Assembly: GCA_964633145.1 (NCBI GenBank)
Contig: CAZWFE010000001.1
Location: 73,690 to 137,689, forward strand
Length of the DNA stretch: 64,000 nucleotides
Direction: 5' to 3'
Source: an uncultured Phaeobacter sp.
Lineage (GTDB): Bacteria; Pseudomonadota; Alphaproteobacteria; Rhodobacterales; Rhodobacteraceae
Made by a program: the position numbers and the translations under genes. Below are positions 51,735 through 61,946 of the stretch, one piece after another. A model generated the notes under the pieces. It saw nothing but the letters and a program-made list of their open reading frames with translations, had not been told where the DNA came from and made no database searches. Numbering within the stretch: the stretch's first letter is position 1; each line of letters opens with the position of its first letter.

Positions 51735-52613
51735 ATGTATACAGTCACATTGATCGCGGCCCCTGTGGCCAAAAATTTGGATACGGCTTTAGTCGATTCG
51801 CTGCGCAATGCATGGGGGGGTGGTGACCTGCGCGCGCTGGCCCCGTCCGAGGCGGCAGAGTTTGATATTGCAACCCTGCCAAACAACCGTTGGGATGTCT
51901 GGGCGGATGTGCAAAACATGGGCATTGATCTGATTATGCAGCCCACCGCGAACCGGCGCAAAAAAATGCTGTTGGCGGATATGGACAGCACAATGATCCA
52001 GCAGGAATGTATTGACGAACTGGCCGATATGGCGGGCGTGGGGGAACGCGTCAAAGATATCACAGCCCGCGCCATGAACGGCGAATTGGATTTCGATGCG
52101 GCCCTGCGCGAACGCGTGGGTTTGTTGCAGGGGTTGCCCGTGTCGATCATTGATCAGGTCTTGGCCGAACGCATCACCTATATGCCCGGGGGTGAAACGC
52201 TGTTGCGCACGATGAAGGCGCAGGGCGGCTATGCGGCACTGGTGTCGGGGGGATTTACGGCCTTTACATCACAGGTCGCGGCGCATTTGGGGTTTGATGA
52301 AAACCACGCCAATACCCTGCTGAGCGATGGCGATACCCTGTCTGGTCAGGTTGGTACGCCGATTTTGGGCAAACAGGCCAAGGTCGATCAGCTGGAAAAC
52401 ATTACCGCAAAACTGGGCATCGCGGAAACCGATGTGATCGCCGTTGGTGATGGGGCGAACGATCTGGGCATGTTGCACCGCGCAGGCACAGGCGTGGCAT
52501 TACATGCGAAACCATCTGTTGCCGCACAATGCGATGTGCGGGTGAATTTTGGCGACCTGACCGCGCTGCTGTTTATCCAAGGTTACAGTCGCGATGAATG
52601 GGTAACGGGCTAG
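51735..52613 (+). CDS. serB: phosphoserine phosphatase
   Basis: 292 aa from the ATG at 51735. HAD motifs are LLADMDSTMIQQE and AVGDGANDLGML. Confidence 0.85.
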   Translation: MYTVTLIAAPVAKNLDTALVDSLRNAWGGGDLRALAPSEAAEFDIATLPNNRWDVWADVQNMGIDLIMQPTANRRKKMLLADMDSTMIQQECIDELADMAGVGERVKDITARAMNGELDFDAALRERVGLLQGLPVSIIDQVLAERITYMPGGETLLRTMKAQGGYAALVSGGFTAFTSQVAAHLGFDENHANTLLSDGDTLSGQVGTPILGKQAKVDQLENITAKLGIAETDVIAVGDGANDLGMLHRAGTGVALHAKPSVAAQCDVRVNFGDLTALLFIQGYSRDEWVTG

Positions 52614-53521
52614 TGTGATTTATGGAACGGGGCCATGGCCACGGCGATGATGGCCCCGACAATCAATCCCACCACACCTGCAAATGCGGCGCCTGCGAAC
52701 CATTCGACCAACCCTGACAGGGGATAGGATCCATGGACGACATGTTGCGCGGCGTGCATCAATTCCTCGGGCAGGTGCCATGTGTAATGTTCTGCGGCAT
52801 GGATCAGAATGCCACCGCCCACCCATAGCATGGCCAATGTCCCAACAAAGCTAAGCGTTTTTAGGAATGTGGGCATGGTTTTTATGATCCCACGGCCAAG
52901 TCCCGCCAAGGCACCCGTTTTATATTTCGTCATCAGGTGCAGGCCGAAATCATCAGCCTTAACAATCACGGCGACAGCGCCATAGACGATAAAGGTGATG
53001 AAAAACCCGACCACCAACAGGGTGATGGCGCGTGTAGTGAAGTCTTGGCCATCCATCGTGGACAGGGCCAGCACCATAATTTCGGCGGATAATATGAAAT
53101 CGGTGCGAATGGCGCCGGCGACGGTTTGGTCTTCGTTCTTTTTGGCGGCTTTGGTTTCGTGGCCGCCTGATAGCATTTCGATGACCTTTTCCGCGCCTTC
53201 GAAACATAAAAACAATCCGCCCAGCACCAGCAGTGGGGTGATGGCCCAAGGGGCCAGTTGTGACAGCACCAAAACAGCAGGAATGATAAACAGGAATTTG
53301 TTTTTCAGCGATCCCCAAGCAATGCGTTTTACAATCGGCAATTCGCGTTTCGCAGGAAAACCCACCACATATTTCGGTGTCACGGCCGCATCATCGACCA
53401 CAACGCCCAATGATTTTGCACCCGCCTTGGCCGCGGCTGCCGCGATATCATCGACGGACAGTGCCGCGGTTTTTGCCAATACGGCAATGTCATCTAATAA
53501 TGCGAATAATCCCGAACTCAT
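52610..53521 (-). CDS. DUF808 (YedI-like) inner-membrane protein
   Basis: 303 aa. The N-terminus is [20 protein letters not shown] ... [12 protein letters not shown]. The family is recalled from memory. Confidence 0.7.
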   Translation of the reverse strand: MSSGLFALLDDIAVLAKTAALSVDDIAAAAAKAGAKSLGVVVDDAAVTPKYVVGFPAKRELPIVKRIAWGSLKNKFLFIIPAVLVLSQLAPWAITPLLVLGGLFLCFEGAEKVIEMLSGGHETKAAKKNEDQTVAGAIRTDFILSAEIMVLALSTMDGQDFTTRAITLLVVGFFITFIVYGAVAVIVKADDFGLHLMTKYKTGALAGLGRGIIKTMPTFLKTLSFVGTLAMLWVGGGILIHAAEHYTWHLPEELMHAAQHVVHGSYPLSGLVEWFAGAAFAGVVGLIVGAIIAVAMAPFHKSH

Positions 53522-53649
53522 ACCGCCGACCCCTTTGTTTCCCTTGGGATGACTATCCCAATTTTATGCGCAAGAGCAAGGAAAATGGGCCATGCCCCCC
53601 CTTGGATTTTACCAAGACAGCGCCACATATAAAACCAAAGGGGATTGAT

Positions 53650-54093
53650 ATGACCAAATACACCAAAAATCCTGACGTGATTGCCGCGCTAAGCGAAGAA
53701 CAATTCTGGGTGACCCAAGAAAACGGGACCGAACGGCCGGGTACTGGCGAGCTGTTGTATAACAAAGAGCCGGGAATTTACGTCGATATCGTTTCGGGCG
53801 AACCCCTGTTCGCATCCAGTGACAAATACGAAAGCGGCTGCGGCTGGCCCAGTTTTGTCAAACCGATTGAACCTGCCCACATCACCGAATTACGCGATAT
53901 ATCCCACGGAATGATCCGGGTCGAGGTGCGATCGACCCATGGCGACAGTCATTTAGGGCATGTGTTCCCCGATGGTCCGCGCGATCGGGGTGGGTTACGC
54001 TATTGCATAAATTCGGCATCCTTGCGATTTATCCATCGCGACGACATGGTGGACCAAGGTTATGGCGATTATTTGAAACAAGTGGAGAGTTAA
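53650..54093 (+). CDS. msrB: peptide-methionine (R)-S-oxide reductase
   Basis: The ATG at 53650 follows AAAGGGG. Motifs are [38 protein letters not shown] and RYCINS. Confidence 0.92.
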   Translation: MTKYTKNPDVIAALSEEQFWVTQENGTERPGTGELLYNKEPGIYVDIVSGEPLFASSDKYESGCGWPSFVKPIEPAHITELRDISHGMIRVEVRSTHGDSHLGHVFPDGPRDRGGLRYCINSASLRFIHRDDMVDQGYGDYLKQVES

Positions 54094-54597
54094 ATGAAAA
54101 CGGCAATTTTAGCAGGTGGATGTTACTGGGGGATGGAGGGGCTGCTGCGCCGCATTCCCGGTGTTTTGGACACGCAAGTCGGATTTACCGGCGGTCATGT
54201 GGAAAACCCATCCTATGAACAGGTCTGCACCAAAACCACAGGACATGCCGAGGCGATAAAAATCACCTATGATCCTGAACAGGTCAGCTATCGCCGGTTG
54301 CTGGAATTGTTTTTCCAAATCCACGATCCGACGACTGTGAACCGTCAGGGCAATGACATTGGCGATAGTTATCGGTCTGAAATATTCTATACCGATGATG
54401 ATCAGCGTTTGGTCGCTGAACAAACCATTCGCGATGTCGATGCCTCGGGCATTTGGCCGGGCAAAGTGGTGACCAAGTTGACGCCAGCGGCCCCGTTTTG
54501 GGATGCCCCTGAATCGCATCAGGATTATTTGGAAAAAAATCCCAACGGATATACCTGCCATTTCCCGCGGCCTGATTGGGTCTTGCCAAACAGCTGA
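54094..54597 (+). CDS. msrA: peptide-methionine (S)-S-oxide reductase
   Basis: The N-terminus is [16 protein letters not shown], and [12 protein letters not shown] and [13 protein letters not shown] follow. The start abuts the msrB stop. Confidence 0.92.
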   Translation: MKTAILAGGCYWGMEGLLRRIPGVLDTQVGFTGGHVENPSYEQVCTKTTGHAEAIKITYDPEQVSYRRLLELFFQIHDPTTVNRQGNDIGDSYRSEIFYTDDDQRLVAEQTIRDVDASGIWPGKVVTKLTPAAPFWDAPESHQDYLEKNPNGYTCHFPRPDWVLPNS

Positions 54598-54641
54598 AAT
54601 CAGCACAAAACGATCTTGTATAATGCAAGAATCGAAACGGG

Positions 54642-55568
54642 ATGGACCCGCTTAAGGGCATAGCGTTAAAAGTATTGGCGGTGATTGGTTTTATTATCAT
54701 GTCATCGCTGATCAAACATGCCTCGGCTACGGTGCCGCCGGGGGAATTGGTGTTTTTCCGGTCGTTTTTCGCAATCCCTGTTATTTTTATTTGGATGTAT
54801 CTGCGCAATGATTTGGCCCAAGGGGTCACAGTTGTGTCGCGCAAGGCGCATTTTTGGCGCGGTGTGATTGGAACAACGGCGATGGTGTGTTTTTTCACAG
54901 GTCTGGGGTTGTTGCCCCTGCCCGAGGCAACCGCACTGAGCTATGCCATGCCATTGATGACGGTCGTGTTTGCGGCCGTATTACTGCATGAACCCGTTGG
55001 TATTTATCGGTATTCTGCGGTTTTGTTGGGGATTGTCGGTGTATTGATCGTTCTGGAACCGCGGCTAAGTTTGGATGCCGCACCAGATGCAGATTTGAAA
55101 TCAACACTGGGGGCCGTGATCATTTTGTTTGGTGCGGTTTGTGCTGCGCTGGTACAAATCCACATCCGTCAGATGGTCAAAACGGAACGCACCGCATCCA
55201 TCGTATTTTATTTTTCACTGACATCGACGATTTTGTCGCTGTTTACCTTGCCCTTTGGCTGGGTCATGCCATCATGGGACCTGTTTGGTGTGTTGGTGAT
55301 GGTTGGCGTGTTAGGGGGCGTGTCACAAATTTTACAAACGTCGTGCTATCGCTTTGCGCCGGCCTCTGTTGTGGCGCCATTTGATTATTTGTCGATGGTC
55401 TTTGCCATTGTGATCGGGTTCTACATCTTTGACGAGGTGCCGACATCTCAGGTCTTGTTCGGGGCGGCCCTGATTGTGATTGCGGGCATTGTGATTATCT
55501 TGCGCGAAGCACATTTGGGATTGGCGCGCGAAAAGTCACGCAAAGTGCGCAGCCCTTTGGGCGATTGA
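54642..55568 (+). CDS. DMT (EamA-type) family transporter
   Basis: 308 aa with 10 hydrophobic helices in two EamA repeats. Confidence 0.8.
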   Translation: MDPLKGIALKVLAVIGFIIMSSLIKHASATVPPGELVFFRSFFAIPVIFIWMYLRNDLAQGVTVVSRKAHFWRGVIGTTAMVCFFTGLGLLPLPEATALSYAMPLMTVVFAAVLLHEPVGIYRYSAVLLGIVGVLIVLEPRLSLDAAPDADLKSTLGAVIILFGAVCAALVQIHIRQMVKTERTASIVFYFSLTSTILSLFTLPFGWVMPSWDLFGVLVMVGVLGGVSQILQTSCYRFAPASVVAPFDYLSMVFAIVIGFYIFDEVPTSQVLFGAALIVIAGIVIILREAHLGLAREKSRKVRSPLGD

Positions 55569-55572
55569 TCCC

Positions 55573-56895
55573 CTATCCTTCGATCCAAGGCATGATGCGG
55601 TATATGGGCGCCAGCAGCCACCGCCGATGGCGTCCCAGCGGATAGCGTTTGGGTGCGCGCGCAAATGCGGTTGGATAGGCGCGATCGGTCGATCCCGTGG
55701 CGATCAAATCGGCCAAAATGGCCCCCGCATAGCTGCCCATCGCAACCCCATTGCCGTGGTATCCAAACCCCGCATAGCCCCCCGGATACCCCGGAATTTC
55801 CCCGACAAAGGGGGCAAGGTTGCGGTTCATGGCCACCAGACCTGACCAGTAATGATCAATGGCCACGTCGTGCCAATTGGGAAACAGTCTGCGGAAATTG
55901 CGGGTGATTGTGGTTTTTATGACCGCCTCGGATGCGGGCGTGTATTGCAGGCCACCGCGCATGCCGAATAAAAAACGCCCATTGGGTAAGCGGCGGAAAT
56001 AATGTAATAAAAACCGTGTATCATAGGCCATTTGATCGCTAAACCAACCTTGTTTCTGCTGGCGTTCTGGGGATATTGGTTCGGTCACGATGACCGAGGA
56101 TTGCACCGGCAAAAACCGTGATGTCATCCATGGGAACATGGTTTCGGATGTATAGCCGTTGGTGGCGATTACGAATTTTGATGCTGTGATGCTGCCCTGT
56201 GGTGTAGTCAGTTGGTATCCCCGCGCCGTTGGGGTGATGGCCTGTACAGGGCTGTTGGCAAAACAGGTCAGGTTGGGCGTCTTGGCCAGCAGGCCCAGCA
56301 GATATTTACGCGGGTTCAGGCCAAATCCAATCGGCGTTGTGATGCCTCCGAAAAAATGCCCTTGCATGCCCAGGGATGTCAGATCATCGCGGCTGTGCAG
56401 TGTTGGGGTCACGTTGTAATCGGCTGCAATTTCATCGTGGATCTGTGTCAGATGTCGGGCCGCACGCGGGGAATGGGCCAGCAGAGTTTCACCGTTTGAA
56501 TGACGGTCTATGTCGATGTTTAGGGCAGTGGTCAGATTGTCGACATAGGCGACAGCGCTGTGTTCTGCATCGCGGTAAAGGCGTTGCTGGTCCGCGCCAT
56601 AGGACCTGATCAGCGCCGCATTCGAAATTTTTCCGCCTCCCAGACAGCAAAAACCACCATTGCGCCCCGACGCGCCAAAGGCGGGGGATTGGGCGTCTAG
56701 GACGACGACGTTGGCCCCTGCTTGGGATAGGTGATGCGCGGCGTTCAGCCCTGTAAACCCAGCGCCGATGATTGCAACATCGGCCTGATGTTGGCCGATC
56801 AGCTGTGGCTGGGTTGGGGACGCAACCGTTGTGGGCCAATAGCTGGTCGCGATTGGTTTTTGGCTATAGGCGTCTGGTTCATAAACATAAGTCAT
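55573..56895 (-). CDS. FAD-dependent oxidoreductase (DAO family, gamma-glutamylputrescine oxidase-like)
   Basis: 440 aa. The dinucleotide fold is DVAIIGAGFTGLNAAHHLSQAGANVVVLDA. The substrate is not inferable. Confidence 0.78.
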   Translation of the reverse strand: MTYVYEPDAYSQKPIATSYWPTTVASPTQPQLIGQHQADVAIIGAGFTGLNAAHHLSQAGANVVVLDAQSPAFGASGRNGGFCCLGGGKISNAALIRSYGADQQRLYRDAEHSAVAYVDNLTTALNIDIDRHSNGETLLAHSPRAARHLTQIHDEIAADYNVTPTLHSRDDLTSLGMQGHFFGGITTPIGFGLNPRKYLLGLLAKTPNLTCFANSPVQAITPTARGYQLTTPQGSITASKFVIATNGYTSETMFPWMTSRFLPVQSSVIVTEPISPERQQKQGWFSDQMAYDTRFLLHYFRRLPNGRFLFGMRGGLQYTPASEAVIKTTITRNFRRLFPNWHDVAIDHYWSGLVAMNRNLAPFVGEIPGYPGGYAGFGYHGNGVAMGSYAGAILADLIATGSTDRAYPTAFARAPKRYPLGRHRRWLLAPIYRIMPWIEG

Positions 56896-56999
56896 TGCGC
56901 ACGGTTTTGTATTGGACCTTGGCTGTTGGGGGTAGCCCGGGGGGGCCGGGGGGCATTGGTCGGATCGCGTATGCGATCCGAGGCCGTCAGGAATATATG

Positions 57000-57815
57000 T
57001 TATTTATTGCGATACACCTGCGCCTCTGTCGGGAAGCTGCGGGTTTTGACGTCGTTTGCATAGTTAGACACAGCAGTTTCGATCCCCTCAAGCAGGTTGC
57101 CATAGGTTTTCACGAATTTCGGCGGGTTCGGGTTCAGTCCCAGCATATCCTCAAGCACCAAGATTTGGCCGTCGCACTCTGCCGATGCGCCGATGCCAAT
57201 CGTTGGGATATCCAGCGATTTGCTGATTTTCGCGGCCAGCGGTTCGACCATGCCCTCAAGTACGATGGAAAACGCGCCTGCGTCTTGCACGGCCTGAGCA
57301 TCCGCTTCGTGCAGAGGCCAGCCGTCTTGGTCGCGGCCTTGGGTTTTGAAACCGCCCATGGTGTTGGTCGATTGTGGGGTCAGTCCGATGTGGCCCATCA
57401 CGGGGATCCCGCGTTCGACCAAGAAATGGATCGTTTCTGCCATGCGCGCGCCGCCTTCTAGTTTGACTGCGCCGCAGTTGGTTTCCTTCATAATGCGTAC
57501 GGCATTGCGGAACGCGATTTGTGGGCTTTCTTCGTAGGTGCCAAAGGGCATATCAACCACGATCAGCGCGCGTTGGGTGCCGCGCACGACCGCGCGACCG
57601 TGCATGATCATCAAATCTAGCGGCACGGGCACGGTGCTGTCCATACCGTGCATGACCATGCCCAGACTGTCACCCACAAGGATAAAATCGGCATAACGAT
57701 CCACGATCGCGGCCGTATGCGCGTGATAGGATGTCAACGACACAATCGGATCGCCGCCTTTGCGGGCAGTGATTTGGGGGGCCGTAATGCGGCGAATGGG
57801 GGTTTGGGTGCTCAT
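57000..57815 (-). CDS. panB: 3-methyl-2-oxobutanoate hydroxymethyltransferase
   Basis: The ATG at 57815 overlaps the panC stop (ATGA). Motifs are [18 protein letters not shown] and VKLEGG. Confidence 0.93.
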   Translation of the reverse strand: MSTQTPIRRITAPQITARKGGDPIVSLTSYHAHTAAIVDRYADFILVGDSLGMVMHGMDSTVPVPLDLMIMHGRAVVRGTQRALIVVDMPFGTYEESPQIAFRNAVRIMKETNCGAVKLEGGARMAETIHFLVERGIPVMGHIGLTPQSTNTMGGFKTQGRDQDGWPLHEADAQAVQDAGAFSIVLEGMVEPLAAKISKSLDIPTIGIGASAECDGQILVLEDMLGLNPNPPKFVKTYGNLLEGIETAVSNYANDVKTRSFPTEAQVYRNK

Positions 57816-58669
57816 GCAGTGTCCTTTCGGGTTGGGATGACACATTGATCAATCAATAACACAGGGGCAAAGGTGACAGCCAGCAAAACGACGATATCCC
57901 GTTGCGGCACACCTGTGATGGGGTCCAACGTTGCAGCATCACGGATATCGACCGTATCCACCTGTGCCAAGGGTTCCGCGGCGATAAAGTCGCGGATGGC
58001 GGTTTCCATCACCGCCACATCTGCGCCCTGCGCCACCATATCCCGCGCCAGATCAAAGCTGCGGGCCAGAATGGGGGCGGCCGCGCGGGCATCAGGCGAT
58101 AGGCGGGCGTTGCGTGATGACATGGCCAGCCCATCAGCTTCGCGCACAGTTTCAATTCCGCGGACTGTAATGGGGATATCCAGATCACGGACCATGGTGC
58201 GGATCACGGCCAGTTGTTGGTAATCCTTTTGCCCGAAATAGGCGCGGTCGGGTTGAAACAGGTTGAACAGTTTGGTCACAACGGTTGCGACCCCGCGAAA
58301 ATGCCCCGGACGCAGTTCGCCCATTAATTTGTTCGCTAAATCAGTGGTTTCCACGATTGTTTGCGCCTCGGGATGATACATAATATCGGGGGTTGGGGTA
58401 AATACCACCCGCACGCCCGCGTCACGCAGCATCGATAAATCGCGATCCATATTCCGTGGATAGTTTTCCAAATCCTCGGCTGATCCAAACTGGGTGGGGT
58501 TCACAAAAATTGACGCTACCACATGGTCGCATTCCGCTGCCGCCGCATGAACCAAGGCCATATGACCATCGTGCAAATACCCCATTGTTGGCACCAATCC
58601 GATGGTGCCCGTGCTGCGCAGGTCAGCAAGAGCGGACCGCAGGTCCTCTTTGGTTTCACAAATACACAC
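57812..58669 (-). CDS. panC: pantoate--beta-alanine ligase
   Basis: Motifs are [17 protein letters not shown] and FGQKDYQQ. The probable GTG start at 58669 follows GGGGGA. The track ORF starts at an ATG at 58741 without an SD and would add an atypical 24-aa extension. Confidence 0.9.
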   Translation of the reverse strand: MCICETKEDLRSALADLRSTGTIGLVPTMGYLHDGHMALVHAAAAECDHVVASIFVNPTQFGSAEDLENYPRNMDRDLSMLRDAGVRVVFTPTPDIMYHPEAQTIVETTDLANKLMGELRPGHFRGVATVVTKLFNLFQPDRAYFGQKDYQQLAVIRTMVRDLDIPITVRGIETVREADGLAMSSRNARLSPDARAAAPILARSFDLARDMVAQGADVAVMETAIRDFIAAEPLAQVDTVDIRDAATLDPITGVPQRDIVVLLAVTFAPVLLIDQCVIPTRKDTA

Positions 58670-58762
58670 CGGATCCCCCAATGAAATGCTGCATTGGCAA
58701 AGTATATGCTGCGCCGCAGGACGTTTCAACGAAAGTTTCATTCGATTGGGGAACGGATTGGC

Positions 58763-59413
58763 CTAGGGTTGGCTAAGCCTGTGGATGCTCATGGAAATAT
58801 GGGCGCGGCGGATCAGGGCGGCGGCCGTGGTATCGCCTGCGGCAATCGCATTGGCAATTTCATCAATTTCGCGGGCGAAAATGTCGATTTCTTGGACCAA
58901 GTCCAGCTTGGAAATGGATTTTAACCAGATCCGTGCCGTGCGATAATACAGCCGTTCTGACATGTCGCGCAGTGGCTGGTTTTCGGACAGCGACAGGCCG
59001 AAATCGAAAAAATCCATATTTAGCTGGGCAAATGTGCGGGCATCGGGGGTTTGGCGCAGATCATTGGCGCGCGATTGGAACTTGGCAACCTCGGTTCGGG
59101 TTGTGTGTGTAATCGGCGCGGGCGATAGGGTGCCCACCAACTGCGCCAATTCCATGCGCAATTCATAGACGTGGCGCATTTCGGCGATATCAACATCCGT
59201 GACCAATGTACCAACGCCGTGCTGGGATTGGACCAACCCCTCATCCTCAAGCCGGGCTAAGACGCGCCGCAGGGGCGTGCGGGACATGCCGAATTCAGCG
59301 GCCAGCGATTCTTCGGACAGGCGCGAATTGGGTGGATAATCCAATAAACAAATGCGCGAGCGCAGCGTGTGATACACCGTTTGGTTACGAAAGGCTGCGG
59401 TGTCGTGGGTCAT
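58763..59413 (-). CDS. GntR-family (FadR/FCD-type) transcriptional regulator
   Basis: 216 aa. The winged HTH is LSEESLAAEFGMSRTPLRRVLARLEDEGLV, and the C-terminal domain is all-helical. Confidence 0.85.
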   Translation of the reverse strand: MTHDTAAFRNQTVYHTLRSRICLLDYPPNSRLSEESLAAEFGMSRTPLRRVLARLEDEGLVQSQHGVGTLVTDVDIAEMRHVYELRMELAQLVGTLSPAPITHTTRTEVAKFQSRANDLRQTPDARTFAQLNMDFFDFGLSLSENQPLRDMSERLYYRTARIWLKSISKLDLVQEIDIFAREIDEIANAIAAGDTTAAALIRRAHISMSIHRLSQP

Positions 59414-59418
59414 ACCGT

Positions 59419-60591
59419 TTACGGGGCCGTTTTTTGCGCCATTTTCTGACCCAAGCCACGCAGCATGTCCAAACAGCTGTCCATCTGGTCCAGTGCCACA
59501 TATTCATCGGCCTTGTGGGCCTGTGCAATGCTGCCGGGGCCGCAGACGATGGCTGACATGCCAATTCCTTGGAATATTCCTGCCTCGGTGCCAAAGGGGA
59601 CAACATCTGCCCCATTGGCCCCTGTCAGTTCCATCACCAAATCTTTGACCGCGTTTTCGTCCATGGGCTCCAATCCCTCGACCTCTCCGATCACTTGGGT
59701 ATCGATGTCTGCATCGGGGTGAACCGCGCGCATGGCGGGCAGCAGGGTGTTTTCGACATAGGCGTTGATTTCATCCTTCATATAGGTGAAATCTGATTGC
59801 TGGACGGGGCGGAATTCCCAATCAACGTGGGCTTTGGACACGATCACGTTATGCGCAACACCGCCGTGAATGCCGCCGATGTTCATGGTGGTCCATGGGG
59901 GTTCAAACCGACTGCCCGCGGGCGTGCGGGTTTTCATTTCCTCGCGCAGCTGCATCAGGCGCGTGACAAAGCGCACAGCATATTCAGCGGCGTTAACACC
60001 AAGGTCGGGCGACGACCCGTGGCCAGGCAGTCCGTGGAATGTTGTTGTGTATTCGCAGCAGCCCTTGTGCCCCTCGATGATGCGCATTTCGGTGGGCTCA
60101 CCGATCACGGCCATCGCGGGTTTATAGCCGCGTTTGACCAATTCGGGGACCATGGCTTGGGCACCCAAGCAGCCTGTTTCTTCGTCATGGGTGAATGAAA
60201 AATGGATGGGGCGTTTCAAATCCAGCGATGCATAATAGGGGGCCATGGCCAAGGTCGCGGCGATGAAACCCTTCATATCGCAGGCACCGCGCCCGTATAG
60301 GCGCCCGTCGCGTTCGTCCATGATGAACGGGTCACTGGTCCAATCTTGATCGGTCACAGGAACCACATCACTGTGACCTGATAATACCAAACCGCCGTCA
60401 CGATCGGGGCCAAGGGTGGCAAACAGGTTTGCCTTGCGCCCCGTTTCATCGTGGAACACATCCACACGCGCGCCCAGTGTTTCCAAAATGCCCGCCATGT
60501 GGTGGATCATATCCAGATTGCTATCGGTTGATACCGTGGGAAAGGCGATCAAATCGCCCAAAATGGCGCGTGCGGATGCTAGGTCGGTCAT
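59419..60591 (-). CDS. M20 metallopeptidase, acetylornithine deacetylase (ArgE)-like amidohydrolase
   Basis: The ATG at 60591 overlaps the upstream stop (ATGA). Motifs are LSGHSDVVPV, GRGACDMKG and HDEETG. Confidence 0.8.
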   Translation of the reverse strand: MTDLASARAILGDLIAFPTVSTDSNLDMIHHMAGILETLGARVDVFHDETGRKANLFATLGPDRDGGLVLSGHSDVVPVTDQDWTSDPFIMDERDGRLYGRGACDMKGFIAATLAMAPYYASLDLKRPIHFSFTHDEETGCLGAQAMVPELVKRGYKPAMAVIGEPTEMRIIEGHKGCCEYTTTFHGLPGHGSSPDLGVNAAEYAVRFVTRLMQLREEMKTRTPAGSRFEPPWTTMNIGGIHGGVAHNVIVSKAHVDWEFRPVQQSDFTYMKDEINAYVENTLLPAMRAVHPDADIDTQVIGEVEGLEPMDENAVKDLVMELTGANGADVVPFGTEAGIFQGIGMSAIVCGPGSIAQAHKADEYVALDQMDSCLDMLRGLGQKMAQKTAP

Positions 60592-61769
60592 GGTTTTACG
60601 AACATCTTTCTGGGTTGGTTGCACAGTGTTTCAGCTGCGCCATTTTCCCGAATAACGATGGATTCGGTGATTTCCAATCCCCAATCATCCATCCACAAAC
60701 CGGGCATGAAGTGGAATGTCATCCCGGGTTGCAAAATGGTTTGATCTTCGGACCGCAATGATACGGTGCGTTCGCCCCAATCTGGGGGATAGCTGATGCC
60801 GATGGGGTAACCACAGCGCGCGCCGCGTTCGATGCCTGCGCGTTCCAGCGGTTCGGCCAATGCGTTCGCGATGTCACAGGCACGGTTGCCCGCGCGGGCT
60901 TTGTCCAATCCGGCCTCTAGCCCTTCGATCAGGGCCGCCTCGGCGCGTTTCAATTCGTCTGTGGGCGTGCCCAAGAAAATTGTGCGGCTGAGCGGTGCGT
61001 GATAGCGGCGATAACAGCCTGAGATTTCGAAAAATGTCGCCTCGCCCGTGGCGAATTGGCGGCCGTCCCATGTCAGGTGGGGCGCGGCAGCGTCTGATCC
61101 TGATGGCAACAGCGGTACAATGGCGGGATAATCCCCCCATGCCCCATCAACCCCGCGGATGGCGTCGCCGAATACCTTGGCCACGATTTCATTCTTGGGA
61201 ATGCCGGGTTCGACGCGTTCGACCAAGCCGTTGATAATTTTGTCAGAAATGGCCGCCGCTTTGCGCATAAATGCCAATTCTTCGTCAGATTTGATGCCAC
61301 GTTGCCAGTTGACCAGCGCGGTTGCATCGACAAATTCGATATCGGGCATTTCGCTGCGCAATGTGTCAAACGCCTTGGCCGAGAAATAGTAGTTGTCCAT
61401 TTCCACGCCCACACGCCCCTTGACGCCGAAATCGCGCAAGCGCTGGGCCAAATCCTGCATCGGGTGGCGTTCGGTGGATTGCACATAGTTGTCGGCGTAA
61501 CCAATGACGCGATCATTGCCCATCCAAACGGTCCGCACGGCGCCATTGGCATCCTGACGACGACCCCACCAAACGGGATCTTGGTCGGCGAACATAATGA
61601 CGCCCTGATGCACATAGAACGACCAGCCATCATAGGCGGTCAGCCATGCCATGTTGGATGGATCAGTTACGAACAGCGTGTCGATGCCTTTGTCCGCCAT
61701 GGCGGCGCGGGTTTTGGCCAGTCGGCGTTGGTATTCACTGTCGGAAAATGGAATGTCTTTTTGAATCAT
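60588..61769 (-). CDS. M24 metallopeptidase with creatinase-type N-domain, ectoine hydrolase (DoeA/EutD)-like
   Basis: 393 aa. Motifs are DPSNMAWLTAYDGWSFYVHQ, VEMDNYYFSA, DYPAIVPLLPSGSDAAAPHLTWD, FFEISGCYRRYHAPLSRT, ISYPPDWGERT and PGMTFHFMPGLW. The M24 call is firm. The DoeA-like assignment is from memory of the family. Confidence 0.7.
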   Translation of the reverse strand: MIQKDIPFSDSEYQRRLAKTRAAMADKGIDTLFVTDPSNMAWLTAYDGWSFYVHQGVIMFADQDPVWWGRRQDANGAVRTVWMGNDRVIGYADNYVQSTERHPMQDLAQRLRDFGVKGRVGVEMDNYYFSAKAFDTLRSEMPDIEFVDATALVNWQRGIKSDEELAFMRKAAAISDKIINGLVERVEPGIPKNEIVAKVFGDAIRGVDGAWGDYPAIVPLLPSGSDAAAPHLTWDGRQFATGEATFFEISGCYRRYHAPLSRTIFLGTPTDELKRAEAALIEGLEAGLDKARAGNRACDIANALAEPLERAGIERGARCGYPIGISYPPDWGERTVSLRSEDQTILQPGMTFHFMPGLWMDDWGLEITESIVIRENGAAETLCNQPRKMFVKP

Positions 61770-61804
61770 GGTCAGGATCCTTGTTGTTTTTTATAGGTTA
61801 TAAT

Positions 61805-61814
61805 TTGTATACAA
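61805..61814. promoter_or_regulatory. candidate GntR/FadR-type operator (perfect palindrome TTGTATACAA)
   Basis: It lies in the divergent promoter region between the M24 gene and the aminotransferase gene. It fits the t.GT-n-AC.a operator pattern of FadR-subfamily GntR regulators. Confidence 0.35.
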
Positions 61815-61901
61815 CTGTGCCAGTCTGATTCCGACGAACATGTGTCGCAATCCTTATATCGTTACATTTTTATAAAGATTAAGGCTGGCTTGACCTAAGT
61901 G

Positions 61902-61916
61902 CACAACTGTGTTGTG
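61902..61916. promoter_or_regulatory. second candidate operator (inverted repeat CACAAC-TGT-GTTGTG)
   Basis: It shares the 9-mer ACAACTGTG with the first site (61811-61819 and 61903-61911). It lies about 30 nt upstream of the aminotransferase start. Confidence 0.3.
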
Positions 61917-61946
61917 TACATATTGAATTATCCAAAGGAGCCAGCG

